From Pseudomonadota bacterium (GTDB lineage: Bacteria > Desulfobacterota > Desulfobacteria > Desulfobacterales > RPRI01): a stretch of DNA of 64,000 bases. This document shows positions 38,015 through 47,700 of this stretch, piece after piece. The stretch spans positions 34,299 to 98,298 of the forward strand of contig JBDRRF010000005.1 of assembly GCA_043825875.1 (NCBI GenBank), written 5' to 3'. The notes beneath the pieces are model-generated. The model did not search any database and was not told where the DNA came from. It saw only the letters and a list, made by a program, of their open reading frames with translations. The position numbers and the translations under genes are program-made. Positions within the stretch are counted from its first letter, which is position 1; the number at the start of each line of letters is the position of its first letter.

Positions 38015-39370
38015 ATGGGAGAAGAAATCCAGGCTAAATTCGATAGCCTGAAAAAAGAATATTTATCCCTTGAAACAGTTTATCAAAATGAAAAAGAGTG
38101 TCTTCTGAAACTTATAAGCACCTTGGGACTTATTGTTGATATTATTCCGAAATATAGTGATAAATATCGGGAAATCAAACAACTGCTAAAGGATGATGAT
38201 ACTATCTTGTCTATAGATAGTATTTCCAAGAAGACAAGCATTTTAAGAAGAAGCATATTTGAAGAAGAAACCAAGGCAGCCGATGAATCCATTGCAGGTA
38301 AGAAGGGAAGCCATGATAAGCAATTATTAGAACCATACAAAGTCTTAGACAGGGTTGCCTATATCCTTACGGATAATTTTTATCCTTTAAACGATGAAAT
38401 GAAACAACTATCAGAGACCGTCCGTATTAACTACAAAAATGGTGTGTTACCAAAGGAGTTTAATAAAGATAAAGAACGCTTGCTGGACTATATTTATAAG
38501 CTGAAAGGAAAAATTTCAGAAGACTTCAAACATAACAGCAAAACATTTTTAAACTTTTTTACGCAAGTCACAGAATTGGAAAAAATATTAACATCAGAGC
38601 TTGATGAAGGTGGAAAAGTCGAAGGTTTTGAGGAATTCGAGAAAAAAATTAATAATGAGGTAGGTTCGATTGTAAGTTCCTTTAGCATATATTCCACAAT
38701 CAATGATGTCAAAAATGAAGTCCTGAACAGGCTTTCAAATATTAAACAGATGTTAGCCAAAAAAAAGAAGGAAGAAGAAGATAAATCTCAAAAGGCTCAG
38801 AAAAAGATTCACTGGCTTCGGAAAAAAATTTCCCTGGCTGAAGTTGAGGTTCAGACTCTGTCAAAAAAAGCCAATCAGTTCAAGGAGGAGGCAAACAAAG
38901 ACGGTCTTACGGGTTTGTATAACCGGAAAGCCTTTGATATGAAAATTATAGAATTGCTTGAATCTCTAAATCAGGGCGGAGCCGTATTTTTGATGGTAAT
39001 GTTTGATGTGGATAATTTTAAATGGATTAATGATACTTATGGCCATGTGGCAGGAGACAGAGTCCTGCAAAAAGTAGCAGCAACACTCACTAAAACCTTT
39101 CGTAAAGATGAATTCATTGCCCGATACGGAGGTGATGAATTTGCAGTCATAATTGAAAACATGCCGGAAGCCATGGCTCAGGAAAGAATTTTGTCTTTTA
39201 ATGAAAGCTTCAGCAAGACGCGGTTCTTTTCCAACAAAGAAGATATTGTGCAGATCAGTGTTTCTGCAGGAATTTCATCGGCCGCCATTGGAGACAATCC
39301 GGATGAACTTATCCACAATGCCGATATCGCAATGTATGAGGTTAAAAAGAACCGCAGCAATAAATTATAA
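38015..39370 (+). CDS. Diguanylate cyclase with N-terminal coiled-coil region
   Basis: DGLTGLYNR, DVDNFKWINDTYGHVAGD, ARYGGDEF, AD.AMY. Confidence 0.95.
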   Translation: MGEEIQAKFDSLKKEYLSLETVYQNEKECLLKLISTLGLIVDIIPKYSDKYREIKQLLKDDDTILSIDSISKKTSILRRSIFEEETKAADESIAGKKGSHDKQLLEPYKVLDRVAYILTDNFYPLNDEMKQLSETVRINYKNGVLPKEFNKDKERLLDYIYKLKGKISEDFKHNSKTFLNFFTQVTELEKILTSELDEGGKVEGFEEFEKKINNEVGSIVSSFSIYSTINDVKNEVLNRLSNIKQMLAKKKKEEEDKSQKAQKKIHWLRKKISLAEVEVQTLSKKANQFKEEANKDGLTGLYNRKAFDMKIIELLESLNQGGAVFLMVMFDVDNFKWINDTYGHVAGDRVLQKVAATLTKTFRKDEFIARYGGDEFAVIIENMPEAMAQERILSFNESFSKTRFFSNKEDIVQISVSAGISSAAIGDNPDELIHNADIAMYEVKKNRSNKL

Positions 39371-39481
39371 CTTCTTAATCCGTTTTTACTCACCTCCACA
39401 CAAGCAAAATAAGAAAGAAAACTGTCTGTTACATATAGTTTTTTCTTTGTTAATATATTGTTTTGTGTTATAAACTCAAAT

Positions 39482-39673
39482 ATGAACAGAACACATACAA
39501 GCATACACAGAATGTCAGACCATCGGAATGACGATTTTGTTCCAGGAACGCCGGCAGATCGCATTAAACTAGTCTGGATTTTAACCAGAGAAATTACATC
39601 CTTGAGTAAAAAATACGATGCTGAACGAAGATTACAAAGACATATTACTCGCCTTGTCCGACGAGAAGGTTAA
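39482..39673 (+). CDS. Small hypothetical protein of the type found upstream of nucleotidyltransferase genes
   Basis: 63 aa, TPADRIKLVWILTRE...AERRLQRHITRLVRR; overlaps the remnant below. Confidence 0.6.
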   Translation: MNRTHTSIHRMSDHRNDDFVPGTPADRIKLVWILTREITSLSKKYDAERRLQRHITRLVRREG

Positions 39674-39726
39674 ATATTTGCTTAGAAGCATTAGAACACC
39701 TGAAGAACTCCGAACAAAATGATTAA
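39618..39726 (+). pseudogene. Internally deleted nucleotidyltransferase-family gene
   Basis: N-terminus MLNEDYKDILLALSDEKVKYLL joined out of frame to C-terminus EALEHLKNSEQND*; catalytic core absent. Confidence 0.6.
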
Positions 39727-39911
39727 TCGATAATATTTTTCGAATCCAGGAAAACTTATCAAGTCATTGGTACTATTTCTTTCATGCAGATTTGCGAAAT
39801 TGGTATGAGTGTATTATTCCAAGTATCTATCTGGCAGCGTTGGTATTTATAAATGTTCCTTATGCTAACAAACGCTTAGGGTTTTGATTTAATTAAAAAG
39901 CTATCAAATCA

Positions 39912-39994
39912 CTCAAACAAAAATTGCAGCCGACTGAATGACCGCTACGACTTGTTCAAAGGCCGAGCTTGGCGGCTGATTTTGATGTGTAAAT
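39912..39994 (+). mobile_element. Degenerate integron attC-like site
   Basis: CTCAAAC...AAAATTGCAGCCG...CGGCTGATTTT...GTGTAAAT: R''/L''/L'/R' layout with bulge, core boxes degenerate. Confidence 0.5.
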
Positions 39995-40054
39995 ATTATG
40001 AAAAATGAAAACAAATAATTGCGCCATCCATGAGCCGAATCGCTATATCTATCC

Positions 40055-40492
40055 ATGAAAACAAATAAACGTCTTACTCTTTTGATTATTTTGTTAGGTA
40101 CGGCATTTGTGATTAGCCAAGAGCTATTCTATGAGCCATTTATTGTGCCGCGCCTTTCTGGATGGAAAGAAGTACCTGTTTTATGGTGGATTGGGGCATT
40201 TTCTGCGGAGATACTGGTGTGTATCATTGTAGCACTGGTGTCGCACAGCACAAAAGAGTGGCTGCTTTTTTGTTTGTATGGTGGCTTGTTCATAACCACC
40301 ATCCAATGGGTACAGGGATTCTTTCTCCAGCCCGGCCATCTCAAAGCTACTGAGGGTGGCATTGTACATTTTGGGACGCAATTCATAATTCTTTCAGCTT
40401 TGTTGGCATGTTTTGTGGGTTTAGTACGTCTTATTTGTTTTAGGTTTAAATGCAGACTTCTATCTAAGGGGAATTTATGGCAGAAGAAATAA
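40055..40492 (+). CDS. Hypothetical membrane protein (about 4 TM helices)
   Basis: Hydrophobic 145-aa ORF overlapping the next gene. Confidence 0.7.
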   Translation: MKTNKRLTLLIILLGTAFVISQELFYEPFIVPRLSGWKEVPVLWWIGAFSAEILVCIIVALVSHSTKEWLLFCLYGGLFITTIQWVQGFFLQPGHLKATEGGIVHFGTQFIILSALLACFVGLVRLICFRFKCRLLSKGNLWQKK

Positions 40493-42912
40493 ATACTAGT
40501 TCGGATGATATCAAAGATCGAAGACAGTTGAAGGGGACATGGCTATGGTTTGTTTTAAATGTTATTCTCTTTCCTGCACCGGCTCATTTTACTCTATTGA
40601 GAATTAAAGATTTTCGATTTGCAAAAAGTCTTAAGCATCTTGGCGTAACATTTTTATTGATTTTTATTCTTCTTATATCAGCATTATTTCAATTAATATT
40701 TCCGTACTTCGGCAGCCTGTGGATGCTTTTTCCCGCCTTATCCGGTTTTATTGTTCTTTGCGCCAATTATTCTTTAAAAGAAAATTTTAAACCTTTAGAT
40801 ATAAGTCCTGTTACCAAAACCCATTTATATTTCTTTTTGTTTCTTGTTCTGCTTTTTACAGTATTAAGCATTATTCCTGATCTTGATCTTATTGAATTAA
40901 ATCAAGAGTCAGCAAAGGACTATAAAATATGGATCGAAGAAATGCCCTTCTGGCAGGATTTACTGATCCTTGTGTCGGGGATCTTTTTGCTTATAGCCGG
41001 ATATATGATAAATTCCAATAAGTCTTTTTCCATCAACCGGGCTTTTATTCTTTATGCATGTTTTATCGTATTTGTTTTTCTACTTTCAGTTACATTAATT
41101 TTTCTTTTCGCCTGGTTAAAGATCAGAGGCGGCTTTTGGACACAGCTTGTGCTTATTTTGCTTTGTGCGATTCTGGCATTGGATTATTGGGATGCCAAGT
41201 CTTTCGGCCAGTATACAAGGCGCTTTTTCTTTTTGACATGCACAAAAGGCTTTTGTTTTATTTTTCTGTGGCTCTGCTTTTTGGGACTACCCCAAAAAAT
41301 TGCTTCTACTTTCTACCTTTATAATTTCAACAAATCAAAACCTGTAGTCTCGCAAAGAATTTATGAACACCTTATTTTTACAGACCGCGACCGTTTTAAT
41401 AGCGCACATAATGCAGCGTGCCGGATGAGATACCTTTATACCAGAGCGTTTAATTTAAATCCGGAAGAATTGAGTTTGGTTGGCAAACTTTTAAACGGTA
41501 ACAAAGGTACTATTCTTCCTGCTGATGCGGATATTTGCCGACTGGCTGATTCGATAGATAAAAGAAAAGTACAATCTTCTTCTATGTTATTTGACAAAGT
41601 GCCCATCTTCAGGCCAATTCATCAAGACTGGGATGTTATGCTTACTGCGCTTTTGATGCAAGGCACAATTTCAAAAGAGAATCTGAACAAGTTTATTGCC
41701 GACTTTAAAACAATGCTGCCAAAAAGCTCACATGGCCAGCTTCCATATATCGACATGCCATACAAGGCATCCCATCTATCACTAGCTACCAAAACAAAGG
41801 TTGATTTCATTCCACCCAGGCTTGAACTTCTTGAAAAGCTTCTTGAAAGAAAATTATGCCCCGTGCTTAGTCTTAAGCTGTCGGGCAAAGAATCTTGGGC
41901 AGCGCTTCTTCATATCGACCCTCAATCAGGTCTTGCCTGGTTTCGTATAGAAACACCGTCGGCTATGAATAAATCCATTAAAACGCTTTTTGATTCCGAT
42001 GAATCAAAGGTTCTCAAAGATGAAATTCTTTCTCGAACAATGGTTCCGATATCACTTGACTATTTAAAAGATGTTTTGCCACATTATTCCGGAGCAGTTA
42101 TTGTTTTTACCAAAAAAGGTCTTGATAAAGCCATGCCCGATCTGTTTGCAGAAAAAGATCTTGCAGAGCTTAAGCGCGCAATTAAATTTTCAGTAAACCC
42201 TGAATTTTCAAGCACTCCGGTTATTAATACCAAACAAACCGGCCTTTTCCCCAAATATTCTAACTATACGCGGGCCATTGCCTTAATTAAGGCAATGCTT
42301 GAGCCAACACCTTATGAACAGGATTTGTTTTTCCAGCCAAAGATATCATCATTTAAGAAAAAAGGATTTGACCGGATTAAGGAGATTGAAGCACTTCTTC
42401 AGCAGATAGGAACCTTGCGGGATTCTGACCGTATTGATATTGCCAGTCTTCTGGCTGAAAATAACCATGTAAATGGAGCGTCTGATCTATTTGTCCGCCT
42501 TGCAACCGGAAATATTATCTCAAGCGATCTTGTTGACTGCCATGATGCATTCATAATAGGCCGCGAGTTATTTCTGCTTGGGTATCATGAAAAAGCATAT
42601 AATTATCTGAAGCTTACTTTTTTGCGCCACCCGTTTATCTGTGAATACGAGATGTGGTATCATATTGCCGGAGTAAAACTCAAAAAGCCGCCAACACCTT
42701 TTTACTCACCACCTAACCATGAACCGCACTTGTATTTATACTATCAAACTATAGCTGATATAAGAGATGGCCAAAGTGAAACGGCCTTAAAACGGCTCGA
42801 AAATACGCTTAAAAAAGACAGCCATAACAGCCTTGCTGCACATTTACTAAGCAAATATTTTAACAAGCCGTTAGATGAGCGCTACTTCTTACCTGCGCAG
42901 GAGGGGCTATAA
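40477..42912 (+). CDS. Multi-TM membrane protein with soluble domain (possibly degenerate C39-like peptidase) and TPR-like helices
   Basis: About 8 N-terminal hydrophobic segments; LERKLCPVLSL...WAALLHID segment parallels the peptidase region of the next ORF. Confidence 0.75.
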   Translation: MAEEINTSSDDIKDRRQLKGTWLWFVLNVILFPAPAHFTLLRIKDFRFAKSLKHLGVTFLLIFILLISALFQLIFPYFGSLWMLFPALSGFIVLCANYSLKENFKPLDISPVTKTHLYFFLFLVLLFTVLSIIPDLDLIELNQESAKDYKIWIEEMPFWQDLLILVSGIFLLIAGYMINSNKSFSINRAFILYACFIVFVFLLSVTLIFLFAWLKIRGGFWTQLVLILLCAILALDYWDAKSFGQYTRRFFFLTCTKGFCFIFLWLCFLGLPQKIASTFYLYNFNKSKPVVSQRIYEHLIFTDRDRFNSAHNAACRMRYLYTRAFNLNPEELSLVGKLLNGNKGTILPADADICRLADSIDKRKVQSSSMLFDKVPIFRPIHQDWDVMLTALLMQGTISKENLNKFIADFKTMLPKSSHGQLPYIDMPYKASHLSLATKTKVDFIPPRLELLEKLLERKLCPVLSLKLSGKESWAALLHIDPQSGLAWFRIETPSAMNKSIKTLFDSDESKVLKDEILSRTMVPISLDYLKDVLPHYSGAVIVFTKKGLDKAMPDLFAEKDLAELKRAIKFSVNPEFSSTPVINTKQTGLFPKYSNYTRAIALIKAMLEPTPYEQDLFFQPKISSFKKKGFDRIKEIEALLQQIGTLRDSDRIDIASLLAENNHVNGASDLFVRLATGNIISSDLVDCHDAFIIGRELFLLGYHEKAYNYLKLTFLRHPFICEYEMWYHIAGVKLKKPPTPFYSPPNHEPHLYLYYQTIADIRDGQSETALKRLENTLKKDSHNSLAAHLLSKYFNKPLDERYFLPAQEGL

Positions 42913-45218
42913 TGAATGAAATGATTAATGATGCGACGCATGATAAAAAACGACTTAAAGGTTGGAAGATGCTGGCCTACGCTTTATTCTTAGGTCCGTT
43001 TTTTCTTGTATTATATTTCAGGGAGACACGCAATGCTTATCCGGCTGCAAGATATTTTGCATGGATTTCTCTTGTTGCAATGACCATTTGCGCTTATCTT
43101 ATGTTTACATTCACTTTTAGCCCGTTTCTTACTCGCTTCACCTACTTGATAATTTATCTTTCAATATTCGGTCTGGCATTTTTCTATTGCTGGAGCATTG
43201 ACTCTAAAAGCATAGCCCGAACCACTGGCTTTAAACAAAAATATTCCTTTACGCGTGCATGCGCCTGGATGATAGTTATGGGACTCATGTTTCCCGGTAT
43301 AAGCAACATCGTTCAGGCAATATATTATTGGATTCTTGGGGAGCAGGTCAGCGTATATTTTTCCTCTCAGGCAAATGTATTCAAGTATTGGAGCCTGATC
43401 GGAATGATATATGGGTTTTTTTACGGGATAAAAGAAGATAATGACTTTTTTAATAAAGATATTGGCGCAGTTGTCAAATCTGTTTTTTCCATATTTCTAT
43501 TTATCTTAGTGTACGGCGGTTTTGTATTGGCGCTTGTCATTTACCCAATACAGCGGCTTGCACCAATTTCATATCGTCCTCAATCGGCGGAATATCTTTT
43601 TTATGTATTGCTTTTCATTTCAATTTCACTTTCAGCTGCCTACTTTCTAAAAACAATCAGTTACCGTAGCAGCATAAAGTCGGTTGGCATATTATTAATA
43701 GGCATCCCTTTTATAGCACTTCATATTATTGTAGTATCGGCATATTCCGTTACAGTCAATCTTACCATTGCTTCTGTGCTGGAAGACAAGCACAAGATCT
43801 CTTCCGCTAAAACGTTATATGCTAAAGCCATACCCTATATACGCTACGACGATCTTCTTGCATCACTTCATCACAGGCAAGGTGTTTTACATGTATTGAA
43901 TAAGGATTATGATTCAGCTATTAATAGTTTCAAGAAAGTGCTCACAGATTATTCGGAAAACTACGAGGTCTTTAAGAAAGCACGCAGATATGTGGATGCC
44001 TTCGAAAAGAATAAAACCTTAAAAGATAATGGAAGAAAAATTCTTCTTGTTAAACATAAGACTTTTGAGCAGGCAGCATCATGCTTTCCCAATTCTCTTT
44101 CGGTAATACTGAAGTTTTACGAGAAGCAACCGATCAGCACCAGAAAGTTAAGCTATGCGATCAAGGAGAGTTTTTCTTCAGGCACTTTTATCTGGAAGGC
44201 CGAAACCTTTTTAGATAAAAACGGATATGAGCTGATTACTTCTTTTTGGCAGAACAAGGATACTTTGATTTCTCTTTTGAAAGCCGGTTATCCGGTGCTA
44301 GTATATATACCGGGCCATGTATACACGCTATATGGATATGATTCAAACATGGAAATGTTTTTTACTTATGACACGGCCAAATCAAATCGCTGGAATGATA
44401 AACCATTCTGGAATTTCCAACGAGACTGGATGGAGGGAAGTTTTTTAATGAGTGTAGTTGTGCCAAAACAGGAAAAAACAAAATTCGTTGCTCTCTTCCC
44501 GCAAATTGAGCGTTACAGCAAACCTTTCCAAGTGTGGCAAAAAGCCAATATCAGCGATTACTACGAAGCTAAGGGTAACTACTGGAAAGATTATGATCGC
44601 TACAGTCTTTCAAAAACCTTAGGCCTTGATCGTTTGAAAATGAATGAGCGCTATTTTCTGTTCGATGACTTTTTCCCCTTTCCCTGGGATGCCAAGGAAT
44701 GGAAAAACGAAGTTATGCCTGTAATGACCCAACCCTGGGCATTGGATTGGCCCATTACAGAAAAATACATACTTTATCTTCTCTACAATGGGCAGTATGA
44801 AAAGGCAGTAGAACTTATCGATTTATATAAATCCAATTTATCGGTGGAATCAAAATCTTCATTTTCTAAGCTTTTAGAATTAAAACTTGCCGCTTATCTG
44901 GATGCGAACAATAAAAAGGCAATATTATCCGTATCCGATAAACTGATTGGAATTACAGATAATATAAGGGCCGAGTCCTATTGGGGGCATTATTTTAAAG
45001 CAAGGCATCTAATGGCAGCAGGTGATCTTAATGGCGCAGCCAAACTCCTGCTTTCGGCTTTAAGCAATTTCAACATAAACTCATATCCAAATTCAAAATC
45101 CTTCAGATATATTATTGACGCTTTAAACGAGATATACCGGACCGATCCATCGTTAATAGACCCGGATAAAATGCCTCTTATCAAAGTAGCTATGATTGAG
45201 CTTGCTTCAGATCGATAG
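42912..45218 (+). CDS. Multi-TM membrane protein with TPR and C39-like (papain-fold) peptidase domain
   Basis: About 8 TM segments; TPR (HHRQGVLH...YDSAINSFKKV); EQAASCFPNSL (Gln/Cys) and GYPVLV...GHVYTLYGYD (His/Asp). Confidence 0.8.
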   Translation: MNEMINDATHDKKRLKGWKMLAYALFLGPFFLVLYFRETRNAYPAARYFAWISLVAMTICAYLMFTFTFSPFLTRFTYLIIYLSIFGLAFFYCWSIDSKSIARTTGFKQKYSFTRACAWMIVMGLMFPGISNIVQAIYYWILGEQVSVYFSSQANVFKYWSLIGMIYGFFYGIKEDNDFFNKDIGAVVKSVFSIFLFILVYGGFVLALVIYPIQRLAPISYRPQSAEYLFYVLLFISISLSAAYFLKTISYRSSIKSVGILLIGIPFIALHIIVVSAYSVTVNLTIASVLEDKHKISSAKTLYAKAIPYIRYDDLLASLHHRQGVLHVLNKDYDSAINSFKKVLTDYSENYEVFKKARRYVDAFEKNKTLKDNGRKILLVKHKTFEQAASCFPNSLSVILKFYEKQPISTRKLSYAIKESFSSGTFIWKAETFLDKNGYELITSFWQNKDTLISLLKAGYPVLVYIPGHVYTLYGYDSNMEMFFTYDTAKSNRWNDKPFWNFQRDWMEGSFLMSVVVPKQEKTKFVALFPQIERYSKPFQVWQKANISDYYEAKGNYWKDYDRYSLSKTLGLDRLKMNERYFLFDDFFPFPWDAKEWKNEVMPVMTQPWALDWPITEKYILYLLYNGQYEKAVELIDLYKSNLSVESKSSFSKLLELKLAAYLDANNKKAILSVSDKLIGITDNIRAESYWGHYFKARHLMAAGDLNGAAKLLLSALSNFNINSYPNSKSFRYIIDALNEIYRTDPSLIDPDKMPLIKVAMIELASDR

Positions 45219-45289
45219 GAAAGTATAATAAAAAAAGAGATATCTTCTTTCGGTCGATATAATCCGGAAATTATGAAATGAAGTACTTA

Positions 45290-45311
45290 GCCATCGGCTT
45301 ACGCCGATGGC
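45290..45311. terminator. Hairpin between convergent genes
   Basis: GCCATCGGC-TTAC-GCCGATGGC. Confidence 0.55.
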
Positions 45312-45336
45312 CGGCGATTATTATTTATAACATGAT

Positions 45337-45552
45337 TCAGGGTTGTAGACTCGGCATGGAATATGTTTCAACTTCTGAATAATCATTTGAGCATGATATA
45401 ACACTGGCCATATCTATCTGTAATTGTTTCAACAATTTGCAATCATCGAAACAATCAGGGAGATTGTTTTTAAACTCACAATCTCTGCAAGGACTTTTTT
45501 TAAGATATCCGGTGTAGCATTCAAGTTTTTTCGAGCGTGAGCAATCCATCAT
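45337..45552 (-). CDS. Small Cys-rich hypothetical protein (71 aa)
   Basis: GGAGGAAAGGA RBS before ATGATG; GYLKKSPCRDC...LPDCFDDCKLL motif. Confidence 0.75.
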   Translation of the reverse strand: MMDCSRSKKLECYTGYLKKSPCRDCEFKNNLPDCFDDCKLLKQLQIDMASVISCSNDYSEVETYSMPSLQP

Positions 45553-45698
45553 ATCCTTTCCTCCAGTTATTAAATTCTTGATAAATTCAGTAGCATTTGA
45601 AAAACAGGTCTTAGTCAACATTATGAAATCCGGATTCCATGGCCGGTATATTTTCCAGCATATATATAAAAAGAATGCATTCTTAATGCTGTAAGGTA

Positions 45699-45715
45699 TG
45701 CAATTATCTTGCCAA
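45699..45715 (-). promoter_or_regulatory. Sigma54 promoter of the small Cys-rich gene
   Basis: Minus strand TTGGCAAGATAATTGCA, GG-N10-GC. Confidence 0.75.
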
Positions 45716-45891
45716 GATATTGTGCATATATAAAATGGTTAGAATAATATCTGCCATTATTTTGACACATCCGAAATTTTGACACATGTGCAAATAAATA
45801 ATCAGGATATAGTTTGATTTCGGCCAAGAGTATATAATAATAAAAAAAAATATAACTGCATGGATTAATATAATATGCAAATAAATAAGAT

Positions 45892-45965
45892 AAAAAGGAT
45901 AGCGGCCAGCCGGAATTAATCCGGTTGGCCGCTAAGGAGAAAAGAAGAATTATTTTGGAGCTGAC
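45892..45965 (-). ncRNA. Candidate sigma54-dependent small RNA, copy 2
   Basis: 39 nt identical to copy 1 (45900-45938 vs 26704-26742); CU-rich segment with CUCCUU; hairpin then UCCUUUUU. Confidence 0.65.
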
Positions 45966-45973
45966 ATTAATAA

Positions 45974-45991
45974 TTGCAAATAATTTGCCAA
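45974..45991 (-). promoter_or_regulatory. Sigma54 (-24/-12) promoter
   Basis: Minus strand TTGGCAAATTATTTGCAA, GG-N10-GC. Confidence 0.8.
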
Positions 45992-46314
45992 TTTAGTCTT
46001 TTTTGCCGTAAATAATTAAAAAAGTTAATTAGGCCTATATATTAGATACTTATAATTAAATATTCCTTTAATTTATTGTTATTTATTTTAAATAAATTTT
46101 ATGGTGTCTGTGGTAAGTTCAATATTTTGAACCGGTATTTTTAAGTATTGATCTAATATTATGAATTTAAAATGATTATTTGAATTCGTTATTTTGAACA
46201 TGGGTATGAATATTATGCATAGTTCTTGGTTCTTTTCCCGGATTTTTCATGCAACTGTATTTAACTTTCCCTTTTTGACAAGAAAGACAGGGAGTGAGAC
46301 AGCCAGAATGAATC

Positions 46315-47367
46315 CTAATAATCGTCAGTCAGTGTCATCAGAAAGGTTACGATATCATTAATGTCTTCGTTACTCAGCCCCAGACTTCCGACCCGATCGT
46401 CAATATTTTGTTCCACTTCAGGCGTAAATCCGCTGCTGTTATTAATAAATGCGACCATTTCGGGCAAAGTAGGAAAATTGCCGTTATGTGTATAAGGCGG
46501 GGTTACAGCTATATTTCTGAGTGTAGGCACTTTGAACTTTCCATCCTGGGTTGTATCATCTACTATTGGACCAAGTCCCAGATCCGGAGGTACCGGAACC
46601 AGCGGATTAGCCGGGGCTCCGATATTGGCGTACTTGTAGTTAGTAAAAAGTGCGGCATTTGTGCTGAATTGAATGGTAGTCGAATGACATGCCGAGCATT
46701 TTGCTTCGAACAGCGCCAGCCCTCTTTCTTCCGCAGGAGTAAACTGATTCCTGGCTACATCGTATTTTGAAGTAAATTTTGTAACCTCGGTTGAGCGCTC
46801 ATAGGCCGCAACCGCCCGCCCAAAGTTATCATAAGCAAGATCCACGTCATCAAAAGCGTTCAGGCCGAATACGCGAAGGAAAAGATTAGCATAATTTGAA
46901 GTTTTGATAACTTCGATAATCGCATCCTTGCTTGGCATGGCCATCTCAACCGGATTTAATGGAGGTCCCTGTGCCTGTTCCGCCAACGGATCTCCTAACA
47001 TCGAACCTGTTGCCCGGCCATCCCAGAAAAGACCGCCCGCCCATTCACCGCCGGAAAAGGTTAAGAGTGGGCTAAAACCCGCATAGGCTGCTGTGGGAGC
47101 ATTTCGCCCTCCTTTGCTTATGCCGTCGGCGCCTGTTGATACTACATTATCGTAAGGATTTATGAGATTAGTGCGATCTGCAAATCCTGCAAAAGGGTGG
47201 TGGCAGTTCTGGCAGGATTGTGTTCCATTATAGGACAGATTTTTATCCTTGTATAAATGCCTTCCAAGTTTTTCTGTGTCTGAAAGGCCGGTAGGCGGCT
47301 GTGCTATTGCCGATGTCACAACGATAACCCCAATAAAAAGCAACGTTAATATAAGAAAGCGTTTCAT
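46315..47367 (-). CDS. Diheme cytochrome c peroxidase / MauG family protein
   Basis: Signal peptide, CQNCH and CSACH, RNAPT, FWDGRA, NPVEM, FKVPTLRNI, PYTHNG. Confidence 0.93.
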   Translation of the reverse strand: MKRFLILTLLFIGVIVVTSAIAQPPTGLSDTEKLGRHLYKDKNLSYNGTQSCQNCHHPFAGFADRTNLINPYDNVVSTGADGISKGGRNAPTAAYAGFSPLLTFSGGEWAGGLFWDGRATGSMLGDPLAEQAQGPPLNPVEMAMPSKDAIIEVIKTSNYANLFLRVFGLNAFDDVDLAYDNFGRAVAAYERSTEVTKFTSKYDVARNQFTPAEERGLALFEAKCSACHSTTIQFSTNAALFTNYKYANIGAPANPLVPVPPDLGLGPIVDDTTQDGKFKVPTLRNIAVTPPYTHNGNFPTLPEMVAFINNSSGFTPEVEQNIDDRVGSLGLSNEDINDIVTFLMTLTDDY

Positions 47368-47700
47368 GTAAAATCTCCTTTACTCATTTGTTAACTATTT
47401 ATTTTGTATCAACATGTTAATAACCGTTCCGACCTGGCATCACCTCCTCATTTCATAAATGGTTTTATTTATAAACTTATACAAAATAGTATACGATGTG
47501 AATGAATAAATGGTCACAAGGTTTTTTCTGATTTTGGGGAAGCCAATTCCTTAAAACCGCCTATTCGTTTGCTCAACGATTACAAAGCGGCCAATCTTAA
47601 GAGCGCAAAACTGGTATTGAAAAAATTTTTTGCATAATTTGAATAGGAAAATACGAGCTGTTTTAGCCTGGTTTATAAACAATTGATTTAGAAGTGCAAC

